A stretch of 64,000 nt of DNA, taken from positions 97,712,001 to 97,776,000 of the forward strand of contig OZ024740.1 of the NCBI GenBank assembly GCA_964016885.1, read 5' to 3'. The notes under the pieces were generated by a model. The model made no database searches, was not told where the DNA came from, and was given only the letters and a program-made list of their open reading frames with translations. Below, one piece after another: positions 1 through 12,691 of this stretch (positions are counted from its first letter, which is position 1; each line of letters begins with the position of its first letter). The DNA is from Eledone cirrhosa (Eukaryota). A program made the translations under genes and the position numbers.

Positions 1-1
1 G

Positions 2-860
2 GGAGACTGCCCGCTCAGGGGAAAGTGCCTGACAGATAATTTTATTCATAGGTACACCGTAACTAGCTATAATAGTGTTAAGCATTATATAGGGGCCACC
101 TCTGGCTCGTTCAAAACTAGATTTAGAACACATCTCCAATCTTTTAGAAACAAGAAACTAAGATACTCCACGTCACTCGCCAATTACATCACAACATTAA
201 AAGACTCCAACATCAGCTTCTCCCCATACTAGGAATTTGTCAGCAGGGCAACACCGTACAACTTCAAGAGGAAATGCGAGCTCTGCCTCATGGAACTTTA
301 CCATATCGTAAGAGCACCCCTTGAACTCATCAACAGCAGAGTAGAATCGGTGATAAACTGCAGACACAGAATACAGCAGTCCTTTTTTAGTTGGAACCCG
401 GTTGAGACCTGAACACCATGAACTGGGTCCCTCTGCAACAAACCACAACGCGCCGGTGGGTAGGTTGCACAAATAAACATCTGTACACCAACTATGCCTC
501 TCAGACACGGCCCGAATGGACAATAGTAAAGTAGCACCCATAAAATAGTAATGGAAAACAACCATCATGTGAAAGGATAATAAGCCATTTGGGGACATTT
601 ATTCAAACACCGGCCAGAGTTACTCCTCTTGCTCTGTGGCAATAACAGCATGCCTGTTTGAACTAAGAATGAACTTTGATGTGACTATCACCCGAAAACC
701 CCTCCTGGATCCCGTACCGCACACTTTCTAGATTTGTATGCCCTTGAGAATCCCTTTTCGGGCGAAACGTACGTAGGTGCTTTTGTATTGTGGTAAAATG
801 TATGTATCCTATTTGGATTGTTCATTGACATAGACGTGAGGGAAGGTCCCTCGTCTATTT
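2..860 (+). mobile_element. Penelope-like element (Naiad-type) 3' end: GIY-YIG endonuclease remnant plus 3' UTR/pLTR
   Basis: Frame 2 translates GDCPLRGKCLTDNFIHRYTVT..KHYIGATSGSFKTRFRTHLQSF..Y*EFVSRATPY..KCELCLMELYHI..LINSRVESVINCRH, with one TAG at a Trp position. A hammerhead follows at 739-780. Confidence 0.88.
739..780 (+). ncRNA. Minimal type-I hammerhead ribozyme, U3-A8 core variant
   Basis: cc-TTGAGAA-tCCCttttcGGGc-GAAAC-GTAC-GT-A-gg. Palindromic stem III (ACGTACGT); short stem I. Confidence 0.65.
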
Positions 861-873
861 ACCATTTTGTGTT

Positions 874-1254
874 TGTGAGAATTATAACAAAGTGAGTGAG
901 TGTGTGCGCAAACAAGACAATAACCACAACGAGAGTTATATTCAACAATTGTAAATAATGGTGATGTTTATTTATATTACAAATGGAACGTACCAAATGT
1001 TGACGTGGTCAGTTGTGGTGAAAGGAACGTATTACCATTACAAAAGTATTGTGGGGTTTGTTGATTGCTGTTCCCTTGGCTGCTTTCTGTGGCGTGGTAC
1101 AGAGACTATTTTCTGGCGTGTGTTTAGTCTGCTTTCTAGTGGCTGTCTGTTTACTTCTCGTGTTCTCAACCAGCGGGAGATAACTATTGTTATGTTCTAT
1201 TAGATAACTAGGGTTGTTCTATTATCCGACAGGGGGTGTGAGGCGTCTTACTAC
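874..1254 (-). mobile_element. Possible solo LTR
   Basis: Minus strand begins TGTAGTAAG, contains AATAAA and ends ..CTCACA. No coding support. Confidence 0.25.
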
Positions 1255-1481
1255 AGTATAAACATGTTCTAACAGTATATCTTCTCCTTTGTAATCCTTT
1301 CATTTGTAACCGCTCTGCTTATATTCTCGCCTGCTAAATATTAACGCTTTTGATATTTAACCCTGTAGGCACAAGTATTGAGCACAAATGCACCAGCTTT
1401 TGGCAACTAACTATATGTATCGCTTATCCCTTTAAACCTCTACTCTCACACGATACTAAAATATTCTATATACATATATAT

Positions 1482-1513
<32 letters not shown>

Positions 1514-1618
1514 CATCATCATCATCATTTTACGTGCGATTTTCTCTGCTTGCAAGGGTGGGACAAATATATATATATATATAAATATACATATATACAA
1601 ATATATTAATAATTACAT

Positions 1619-2784
<1,166 letters not shown>

Positions 2785-2913
2785 TACATACATATATATA
2801 TATATATGTAGGAGGTGAGTTTTATTGTAGCACAATAAAGCAAAGTAGCACTCTACAGTTTGTAGGACTGGAGTATAAATAATATAAGATCAAAAGATGG
2901 TTAAAAGAGGTCC

Positions 2914-3026
2914 AAGTATTGACCCCGTCGGGGTCATACTTTTTCCTATTTCCCACTCTAATACCCTAAGTAATGAGTACTCTGGTAGTTATGGTCCATT
3001 TGGTTCCTTACCACAATTCCTTTGTT
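2914..3026 (+). mobile_element. Ultra-short family A PLE end with micro fold-back
   Basis: aagtat(t)gacccc-GTC-ggggtcatactt, then the family A tail ending at (TA)n. Confidence 0.75.
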
Positions 3027-3075
3027 ATATATATATATATATATACACACATAGATATATATATATGTATATATG

Positions 3076-3106
<31 letters not shown>

Positions 3107-4690
3107 CCATCTCACAGTCTGTGGCCTACTCCAGTGCCACGGAACACCCGCCCATCACCTTACGGTCGAACAATGAACTATCTTCATCTTACAGACCCAC
3201 ACTCCCCCCGGCCTGAACTCCCCACCCTTATCCCCCACTAACACCACTAACACACCCCTCCTTTTCACCGCCCACCCCACACTAACAATACTAACACCTC
3301 CACTCCACCCCTCATCTGACCACCTTTCCCCAACTAACATACTAACATCCCTTCCCTCCCCTCTTCTCCTCCTCCCCCCTCCTTATCACACGCACACACG
3401 CACCCACTTACACCACCCACCCCACACGCAACAAACATCACTAACACCCCCCAACCCCACGCACACGTACCCACACACCCTCGTACACCACCAACTCTAC
3501 ACACCCTACCACCACTAACCCCCACTCACACCTGCATTCCACCCCTCCCCACCTCCCGTATACTAACACCCACTAACACCTCTTCACCAAACTACACACA
3601 CACCAGTACACCACACTCCCTCCATAGAACCACACACACCCTTCTCTCCCCGCTCCACCCACCCCCCCGCTCCACACTCACTCATCCCACTAACACCCCT
3701 ACTAATACACACACACACACACACCCTCCTCACTCCAACTCTCACACCTACCCATCCTCGCCTCCCTACCATTCCACCGACTGCTGCTATGCCCTTCTGA
3801 CCCCTCCCAGCACCAACTGACCACAGCACTCCCACTGCTGACCACTTCCTGTTGCGCGCGCATCCCACATCTCTCCTCTTCCGACCACCGCTTCATGGAT
3901 TACCCACACGCGAAATTGACTTATAACCAAATCTCCAAACATCCGTGGAACTTACCAACTTTTGAACCATCCTCTTACGTCATCACCTATATAACTCACC
4001 CACACACACACCCCAAAAACATTTTTTTCTCCACACGCCACCCACACCCACAACACGCTTAAACCACACACACACGTGCTTCCCACCACATATTTACACC
4101 CTCAGCCTCCTGATTCCTCTCCCCCCACCCCCCTATCCACACACGCACAGACACTCCGACCCACAAAAACACCCCCCACACACACCTCTTCCTGAACATG
4201 CAACCCCGTTCTTCCCCAAACCCTCACTTTCACATACACACACACACACACACGCACACCTACACACACACACCACCTTCAGCCCTCCCCGCTCGGACAC
4301 CCCGTCTCCCTCTCCCCACTCCACCCGCCACCACCCCTACTCACCCCACACCCTTCCACCACCTGTTTACCCCCCTTTTAATTTCAGTTTATTTTGATCA
4401 TGCCTTTATTTTTAAATTTTCTCATTCCTTGTATTTTGATCATGCTTTATTTTTATTTTTTACATTTTTTATCTTTATTTGTTAATTTTTCATTCGCACC
4501 GTTTCCTTTCACTATATGTCTCTCCACCACTCCCCTACACACCTTTTGAACTCTGTTCCCACACACTTCTCACCTGAGGAAGGGCTTATGCCCGAAACGT
4601 CGTCCCCCACCTACCCCCCACTCTCCTGAGCGTGAATTTAATAAACATTTATTGTACTGCCTCTCTGTTCTGTCCCTGTTCAAATTTTTC

Positions 4691-4692
<2 letters not shown>
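3107..4692 (+). mobile_element. PLE-like 3' region (C/A-rich low complexity) ending in hammerhead and tail, within (TA)n
   Basis: Bounded by (TA)n, with a hammerhead at 4571-4604 and AATAAA downstream. No recognisable ORF. Confidence 0.55.
4571..4604 (+). ncRNA. Minimal hammerhead ribozyme
   Basis: cac-CTGAGGA-aGGGCttatGCCC-GAAAC-GT-C-gt. Stem III is the palindrome ACGT; stem I is weak. Confidence 0.7.
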
Positions 4693-4783
<91 letters not shown>

Positions 4784-4872
4784 AAGGAATTGTGGTAAGG
4801 AACCAAATTAACCATAACTACCAGAGTACTCAATACTTAGGGTATTAGAGTGGGAAATAGGAAAAAGTATGA

Positions 4873-4967
4873 CCCCGACGGCCTGGTCTCAAGCCGTTTC
4901 GACGGCTATTTCTGGACTAAATTAGGATTTTTAGCCTGGTGAATAAATAGCCAAACTTTTCAAGGGG
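4873..4967 (-). ncRNA. Type-I hammerhead, U3-A8 variant with extended stem II
   Basis: rc: CCCC-TTGAAAA-gtttGGCTA..TAGCCgtc-GAAACGGC-ttgagaccag-GCCGT-C-GGGG. Confidence 0.75.
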
Positions 4968-5856
4968 GCACTTCCTTATATCGGAAGATTGTAGTTGTCA
5001 AGAGGATTGGTTAAACTTTGTTGTAAACACAAATAAGTCTATCATGGCATTTGCTGGGAGGTAGGGGTGGCTGAACTTGCCTGTAGAACAATAGGGGGGT
5101 GAGTGGAGCGGTGAAGCTTTGGAAGTGATATGTATACATCAGATTCTAAGGATAGTGAAAAAATGAAACAAAAGAAAATTCCCCATTAGAGGGGGGAGAC
5201 TTACGAGGGACACTCGTGGAGAAAGCCCATTAATACATAGGTAAATGTATCTCTTTTTTTTCCTCTTTGTCTCCTTCTTCCCCCTGTCTCATCCTATCAC
5301 TTCCTATTTTCTTCCTCGTCTGCTTTCCTCTTTCGCCTACCCAGATGCAGCCCATCGGGCCTTGTAGCAAATAACAGGGATGGGGATCCCTGTTATTTTA
5401 AGATAGAATTGGCCGAATACGTTTTACTAAGTACTTATAGCAGATGTGTTAAAAGCCCTTCAAGTTTGTATCTGTTTTGTAATTTCTATAAGTTTTTTCT
5501 ATTCTCAACTTATTACCCTGTAATTGTAAGATAGCATTGTGGTTTCTTTATTCATTTCTCACTATCTAAATTTATATTTTTTTTTTTAAATTTCTTTCTA
5601 GTATCTTTTATTTCTCCTACTCTCTTTCGATTTACCTATTCTATAACCTCCCTCCCCCACTTCATAAACTATCCTTAGAATCTGATGTATACATATCACT
5701 TCCAACGCTTCACCGCTCCACTCACTCCCCTATTGTTCTACAGGCAAGTTCAGCCACCCCTACCTCCCACCAAATGCCATGATAGACTTATTTGTGTTTA
5801 CAACAAATTTTAACCAATCCTCTTGACAACTACAATCTTCCCATATAAGGAAGTAC

Positions 5857-5950
5857 CCCCTTGAAAAATTCGGCTAATTATTCACCAGGATAAAAATTCT
5901 AATTTAGTCCAGAAATAGCCGTCGAAATGGCTTGAGCTCGGCCGTCGGGG
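5857..5950 (+). ncRNA. Type-I hammerhead, U3-A8 variant (mirror of 4873-4967)
   Basis: CCCC-TTGAAAA-attCGGCTA..TAGCCGtc-GAAATGGC-ttgagctcg-GCCGT-C-GGGG. Confidence 0.75.
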
Positions 5951-5963
5951 TCATACTTTTTCC

Positions 5964-6012
<49 letters not shown>

Positions 6013-6230
6013 AATCATACACATATGCATATATGCCTATCTATTGAATATATGTGTGTGTGGTGTGATGGAGGGAGTTCAAGTGTAAATTTATTTCTAC
6101 AAAATGGAATACAAAGTTAGAACTAATTAGTATTGCATATAAGAAGAGTCAATATTGAAAAATCAAATTACTTTTCATGAATGATACATCGGTTTTATTT
6201 AAAAATTGACAAATAACAACAACACAAGAA

Positions 6231-6297
<67 letters not shown>

Positions 6298-6682
6298 TGT
6301 TTCTACGTTAGGCACAAGGCCAGCAAATACCCATGTATTACTGGTACTTTAATTTATCGACCCCGTAAGGATGAAAGGCAAAGTTAATAATAACGATGCT
6401 TTCTTTATTAACTACAAGGGTTGACATAAAGTATAACATCAAGGAGAGCACAGGATGGTACAGGACGGTACAAATGGGCATTTCCGCATGTAAAGAAAAA
6501 ACTAATAACAAAAGAAATTACAAAAAAAAAGAAACAAGGAAAATTCCCCATTAGGGGGAGACTTCCGAGGGACACTCGTGGAGAAAGCCCATTAAAAAAG
6601 CCATAATAATAATAATAGTAATATAAATGAGGATTATGATGGTAATGATCATGATGTTGATGATGATGATCAACATAATGAT

Positions 6683-6866
6683 AATTGTTTCTACTTTACG
6701 CACAAGGCCAGCAATTACTAGTACATTACTGCTACTTTATTTTATCGACCCCGTAAGGATGAAAGGCAAAGTTAACCTCGGCGGGATTTGAACTCAGACT
6801 GTAAAGGGACGTAATTATGCTAGAAAGCATGGCGTTCAACCCTCTACCGATACTGCCAATTCACCG
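6683..6866 (-). mobile_element. tRNA-derived SINE family B (Nin/Deu-like domain)
   Basis: rc has A box TGGCAGTATCGG, B box GAGTTCAAATCC, body GTTAACTTTGCCTTTCATCCTTACGGGGTCGATAAAATAAAGTA and 3' end GTAGAAACAAT. Partial copy at 6297-6385. Confidence 0.85.
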
Positions 6867-7006
6867 AATGATAATGATGATAGTATGAACCAAAGATAAG
6901 AATCAAACAGTGTAAAATGAAATGCTTAAGAAACTTGGAATGTGTGAATTGTATTAGTTTGAGTGTATTGGAATCAAAACATATGTATATATATATACAT
7001 ATATAT

Positions 7007-8125
7007 ATCAGGTTGTAACAAATGTACTGTCCAATTTTTAAAAAAGTAAGTCTTGAATAGACTTTAAGGTGTCTAACTTCTCAGTTATAATTGGAATATG
7101 TCGAAATCACCAATATGTTTCGTTTTCTTTCAAATTTTCTCAAATTTATCTTTATTGAGGATGTTTTATTGGCGCCATGTTCTCACCAAGTGAAGAATGC
7201 ATCCATCATGCTAGTCTTTATGAGTTTAAAAAACATAATAGTGCAAGGACAGCAACAAAACTACTGGAAACACTTATGGAGATGTGCTAGTGATAGAAAG
7301 AACAGGCAAGAGAAGGTTTTCCCGATTTAGATATGGGACTATATATTGCAGGATGAATCAAGAGAAGAGCACCGGAGACAGCTGGATCCTGATGCATTGA
7401 AAGCTGCTGTTTATGCAAACCTGACCGTTCAGTTCAGTAACTAAGCATAAATGTCAATTTGAGCCATATCACTATTCATCATGAATTGGAAAAACTAGGT
7501 AAAGTGTCAAAATTTGGAAAATTTATTCCACATGATCTCTCTGCAGACTAGCGCAAACAATGTGCTGACTGCTGTGTATCATTGCATTCTCATGAGCTGC
7601 AAATATCCTTTTTGAATAGAGTTATTACAGGAGATAAGAAATGGATAATTTACCATAATGTTAAGCAAAGACACCATGGTGAAGAGCCAGCTCAGCAGCC
7701 GAGAAACGGCCTACTTACTGATAATCAAACAATAACAGCCAAAGTCTATTGCCAACAGCTACGACTTTTGAAAACAGATTTGCTGCAAAAACGCCCATTA
7801 TTAATAAGCAGAAAAGGAAACATCCTTTATCATGGTAATGTTAGACATTACCCTCCATAAAAGACCAAAAAACCCCAGCAAACTATGCTTCACCCATCAT
7901 ATTCCTCAGATTCCGTACCAACAGATTACCATCTCTTTAGCAGTTTGCAAAAAGATTTGAGTAGATTAAGACTTATTTCAGGAGAAGGAGTCGAAAATAA
8001 GTTAGTTTCCTTCTTTTAGTTCAAAAGCTAAACAATTTTATGAACACGTCATTAAATAGCTTATTGGCAAATGGAGAGAGGTCATACAGAAAATGGTGAC
8101 TACATTAATGATTAAATAAACATGA
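7007..8125 (+). mobile_element. Decayed Tc1/mariner (mariner-type) DNA transposon
   Basis: Fragments FLNRVITGDKKWIIYHN, YCQQL, ILYHGNVRH and HPSYSSDSVPTDYHLFSSLQ match the mariner DD34D domain. Many stops and frameshifts; starts TA|TCAGGTTG. Confidence 0.85.
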
Positions 8126-9167
8126 TATTGTGATTTTATTGTATAAAGGTTTGTATAGTTTTTTTGTAGCATGTGCAGTTAAGGGCAAGGTAAGAACTGT
8201 AAGCTGTAGGGGGCTGAGAGGGAGAAGCTAGAATATAATAAAATACAATGAACCAGATAATACTTGTCACCGCTCAAAAAATAAGATGGTGTAAAACAGA
8301 ACAAAGAAGAGACACATAGTAACAAAAAACGTAGTCACTTAGGAGATCACACAATGCATGATGAAAGAGCTGTGACAATCAACGAATAAACCACAATCTG
8401 GTTATCAAACTAACCGATTGGGAAATTATAGTAATACATCGAAGTGAGATCTAATAGGTACATATGTTTCAACTCACACTTGAAAAAATAGCCTTGAAAT
8501 ATTATATTGAAATACAGTGGGTAAAACTTTAATTTGTTTTGTTTTATTTGTCATCATTTGACTTTTGACATTTTCTACCACACCATACTGGCTTTTTAAA
8601 GATTATCGGTCTTTTATTATATATATATGAAAAATGAAAATTAAACGGTGATGAGGATGATGATACATATATGTACACATATATATGTTTGTATATATAT
8701 ATATATATATATTTATGTATGTATACATGTGTATATATATATATATATGTATACATAAATACATATGTATATTTATGAAATGCATGGCGTTGTGATTAGG
8801 GTATTCGACTCACAACCATAAGGTGATTGGTTTGAATATCAGCAGCGCTCTGTGTCCTTGAGTAACACACTTTATTTTACGTTGCTCAAAAATATAACAC
8901 TTTTTTAGTCCACGCCCTTGAATCCATGATTGCCTTGGAAATATAATCATTTGCTCAATTTTGCTGTCTGATGAAATCACGATTTTGATCATCATTGATA
9001 TATGTAAAACAGCTTTATTAATAAAGGACACTTTAACATCTACAACTTCACATTTTCCAAAATCTCTCCCTCTCTCTTTCTCTCACTCTCTCTCTCACTC
9101 ACTAATATATATATATATATATGTGTGTGTGTATATATATAATCATGTGTTTATATTTACATCTATA

Positions 9168-10122
9168 TCATCATCATCATCATCACCGTTTTACGTCCGT
9201 TCTTACACGCTAGTATGGGTTCTTTTTTGCGGGCAGTACCAGGTTGGGTGGCCTTGTCTTGCCCATATGGGAACTGATTCTGGCTTGATTTCTACAGCTG
9301 GATGCCCTTCCTAACACCAACCACATTTACAGTGAGTGCTGGGTTCTATTTTTCCGTGGCGCCTACACGTCCACTTTACAGTGTGGGTTGGGTGCTCTTT
9401 TGCCATTGGACCTCCACGACCACTTTGCATTGGGAAAGGGGGGGGGGGCATATTGTCTATATGCTTTGGCTTCGGCTTGTACCTGTGGGAAGTCAGGTCT
9501 TCTGTATTACTGAGTGACGCCAGAGGTCATGGTCATGTGTCATCACCTTTGAGAGGTGTAATTGGGTAAGGTCGGCTTTTATCACCTCATCCCAGGTCTT
9601 CTTGGGTCTCCCCACTCCGCGGCTTCCATCGACTTCTAGTGCTCTGCACCTTTTTATGCAGCTGTCATCCATCATACGCCTCACATGTCTATACCAAAGC
9701 AACCTCCTCTCATGCACACAGCATTTGATTCCTGTTATGCTCAGTCTCTATCTCAATTCGTTTATGGTTTGCCGTTCGCGTATATTACTATTACACATTC
9801 ATCAGAGTATGCAAGCTTCATTTCTTTCTAATCTATGCAAGTCTTCTACACACAATCCCCAGGTCTCACTACCATGTAGCCTTGTTGTTTGTATTCACGC
9901 ATCATACAGTCTGCCTTTCATTTTGAGGGAAAACCCTTTTGCAGCGAACAGTGGCAGTAGCTCCCTGAACCACTTCCATGCCCTTCTTACCCTAGTTATT
10001 GTACTTTCCGACACCCACCCAACTTTTCTGACTGCACCCCTATACATGGCTTGTACAGCTTTCACAAGCCATTCATCTACTCCTAGTTTTCTAAGAGCCC
10101 ACCAGAATATAGCACGGGGCAC
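9168..10122 (-). mobile_element. RTE LINE, 5'-truncated and internally deleted
   Basis: Same family as 35101-38188. [25 protein letters not shown] is joined directly to SESTITRVR; (GAT)n tail. Confidence 0.9.
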
Positions 10123-10169
10123 TATATATATGGATTTTAGTCTTCAAATATATTATTATTACTATATAT

Positions 10170-10219
<50 letters not shown>

Positions 10220-10231
10220 TATATACATGTG

Positions 10232-10299
<68 letters not shown>

Positions 10300-10332
10300 T
10301 ATATATATAAATATGTATATATCTATATATAC

Positions 10333-10377
<45 letters not shown>

Positions 10378-12360
10378 ACGAAGGAAATGTGGTAAGGAAC
10401 CAGATGGACCATAACGCACCAACGTACTCAATACTCAGTAGTAAAATACTAATTATAGATTAACTAAATTAAAAAAACTAATTATAATAATTTGTAAAAT
10501 ATAAGTGTAAGGTGTATATTAATTAGGTTTATAATATTTGAAAGTTCTTCTAATTCTATGATTGCACGATATAATTAATTCTTGTCGCTTATTTAATAGG
10601 ATATCCTTAGATTTCATTATTTCAAAAGGTTCCTGGGAACATAATCTACACTCATATCTGTTATTTTGATAAGGGGTGGCCCTTTTGAGCACACTCCAGG
10701 TCAGGTTATAATCGATATTCTTTTTTCTATAATTATTAATTATTTCAGCCAAGGATGTTGTTTTAGCTAATGCGGCAATTTTTAAAACTATGTTTGTGGG
10801 TATTAAATCTTACTTTAAATTGTTTAGAAGTAGCTCCTATATATGAATAAGTTGAGGCCATAGTGCTAATTTTACATTTATATACTATGTTATAAATAAG
10901 ACAATTTCCTTTTAATGGGCAATTTCCTTTGTTTCTACAGTTACAACCATTCGTGAATATTATAACAGGGGAGTTAGTCAAATTTGGTGATGAATTTGCT
11001 CGACTAGTTATATGTGAAGAAGATGGTGGTTGGTTGCGGTTTATTTTAGTATTGTGGTTAGTTTGATGTGTTGGTGGTATATTCATGGGTTTTTTTTACA
11101 TTTATATGCATTGTAGGCACTTATATTTTGTTGAATATTTTTGGTAGTGGAGTAGGAAAATTTGACCGTTGATCTATTTAAAATTTGATGGTATTTATGG
11201 TTTGGCGGGAAGTTTTTCTCTAGGATAGTAAAAAATCTTTTAGGGATATTATCTTTAATTTGTAGATTAAATGTCTTATTAATAACATAGTATATAAATG
11301 TAAAATTAGCACTGAGGACTCAACTTATTCATATATAGGAGCTACTTCTAACCAATTTAAAGTAAGATTTAATACCCACAAACATAGTTTTAAAAAGTGC
11401 CGCATTAGTTAATACAACATCCTTGGCTGAAATAATTAATAATTATAGAAAAAAGAATATCGATTATAACCTGACCTCGAGTGTGCTCAAAAGGGCCACC
11501 CCCTTATCAAAATAACAGATATGAGTGTAGATTATGTTCCCAGGAACTTTTTGAAATAATGAAATCTAAGGATATCCTATTAAATAAGCGACAAGAATTA
11601 ATTATATCGTGCAATCATAGAATTAGAACTTTCAAATATTATAAACCTAATTAATATACACCTTACACTTATATTTTACAAATTATTATAATTAGTTTTT
11701 TTTTATTTAGTTAACATTTAATTAGTATTTTACTACTGAGAACTTCATAATTTTATTTCCCTTTTACAGCTCTCTTTTCCTAAAATTAATACCTATAAAT
11801 ATACATATAAACTATTTTAATTTCCAGTTATGAATTTAAACTCTTGTAGTCTATATAAATTTGTTATTTCTCACTAATAGATTTATCCCAAAATGTTTTT
11901 CCTTCCTTTTTAACAACATTCTTTAATAACATCTAACTCTTATTTATCACATCTATATGAATTAATATAAATTCATCCCTATAAGTATACCTATCAATTA
12001 AATTAATTTAATTTCTTTTTATAGATATAAATTCCTTGTATTTTAAATAAGATCGGTATTTCTCACTAACACATTTACCCTAAAATTTTATTCTCCGTCG
12101 ATTTTAACACTAGCATTATTCTTTAATAACATCACATTTTCGTGTACCTTTCACCGGCTTGGCCTCTTTTCATCCCCAAAGTAATCTTTTCATTCAAAGT
12201 ATTCTTTCCATTCAAAACTTAAGTCTGCATTCCTCTACCCCTAAATTAAATTTCTACTACTACTATTCTATCAACTTGACTACTTACTACTTTTCTATTG
12301 GTCAATTCAAAACCTGTTCCCAAACAGACCTATTATATTAAATCTTTGTTGTTTTTCTTT
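10378..12360. mobile_element. Naiad-type PLE GIY-YIG region as an inverted duplication (minus 10378-11280; plus 11288-~12360)
   Basis: CNCRNKGNCPLKGNCLIYNIVYKCKI..YIGATSKQFKVRFNTHKHSF and CRLC..LLNKRQELIISCNH. The plus arm repeats the same domain, and the left end is the family A tail. Confidence 0.9.
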
Positions 12361-12380
12361 CAATAAACAAATATCATTAT

Positions 12381-12563
12381 GGGGATTGGCAGCATCGGTA
12401 GAGAGTCGGACGACATGCTTTCCAGCATAGTTACGTCCCTTTACGGTCTGAGTTCAAATCCCGCCGAGGTTAACTTTGCCTTTCATCCTTACGGGGTCGA
12501 TAAAATAAAGTACCAGTAATGTACTGGGTAATTGATGGCTTTGTGCCAAAAGTAGAAACAATT
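12381..12563 (+). mobile_element. SINE family B, full length
   Basis: A/B boxes, Nin-like body and GTAGAAACAAT end. Confidence 0.85.
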
Positions 12564-12691
12564 ATTTCTGAAGACAGTATATATATGTGTAGGTATGTAT
12601 ATTTCCTCTGATAGTTTGTAAACTTTTTACATAGATCTATATGATATACATACCAACACACTCATATATATCCTAGAAACGATCGTAAAAT
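12564..12691 (+). ncRNA. Type-I hammerhead with long stem II
   Basis: ATTT-CTGAAGA-..tatatatgtgtaGGTATGTATAT..ATATACATACCaacacactcatatata..-GAAAC-GATC-GT-A-AAAT. A ~65-nt tail then runs to (TA)n. Confidence 0.7.

Larger units (their letters stand above)
4779..5966 (-). mobile_element. Fold-back PLE end, family A: tail 4779-4857, arms ~4858-5157 / 5668-5966, ~510-bp spacer
   Basis: ~300-bp inverted arms with scattered mismatches. Both ends abut (TA)n and each arm carries a hammerhead. Confidence 0.85.

Noticed and set aside
8450-8520. GAAACATATGTA (minus) and TTGAAAA..GAAA (plus) hammerhead-like pieces
   Set aside because: I could not assemble a consistent core with stems I and II.
9602-10378. 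258-aa plus-strand ORF, and similar antisense ORFs at 36642-37754
   Set aside because: Antisense shadows of the RTE coding strand, extended by microsatellite.
12381-12470. tRNA gene
   Set aside because: The A/B boxes belong to a dispersed SINE head; no full cloverleaf is evident.
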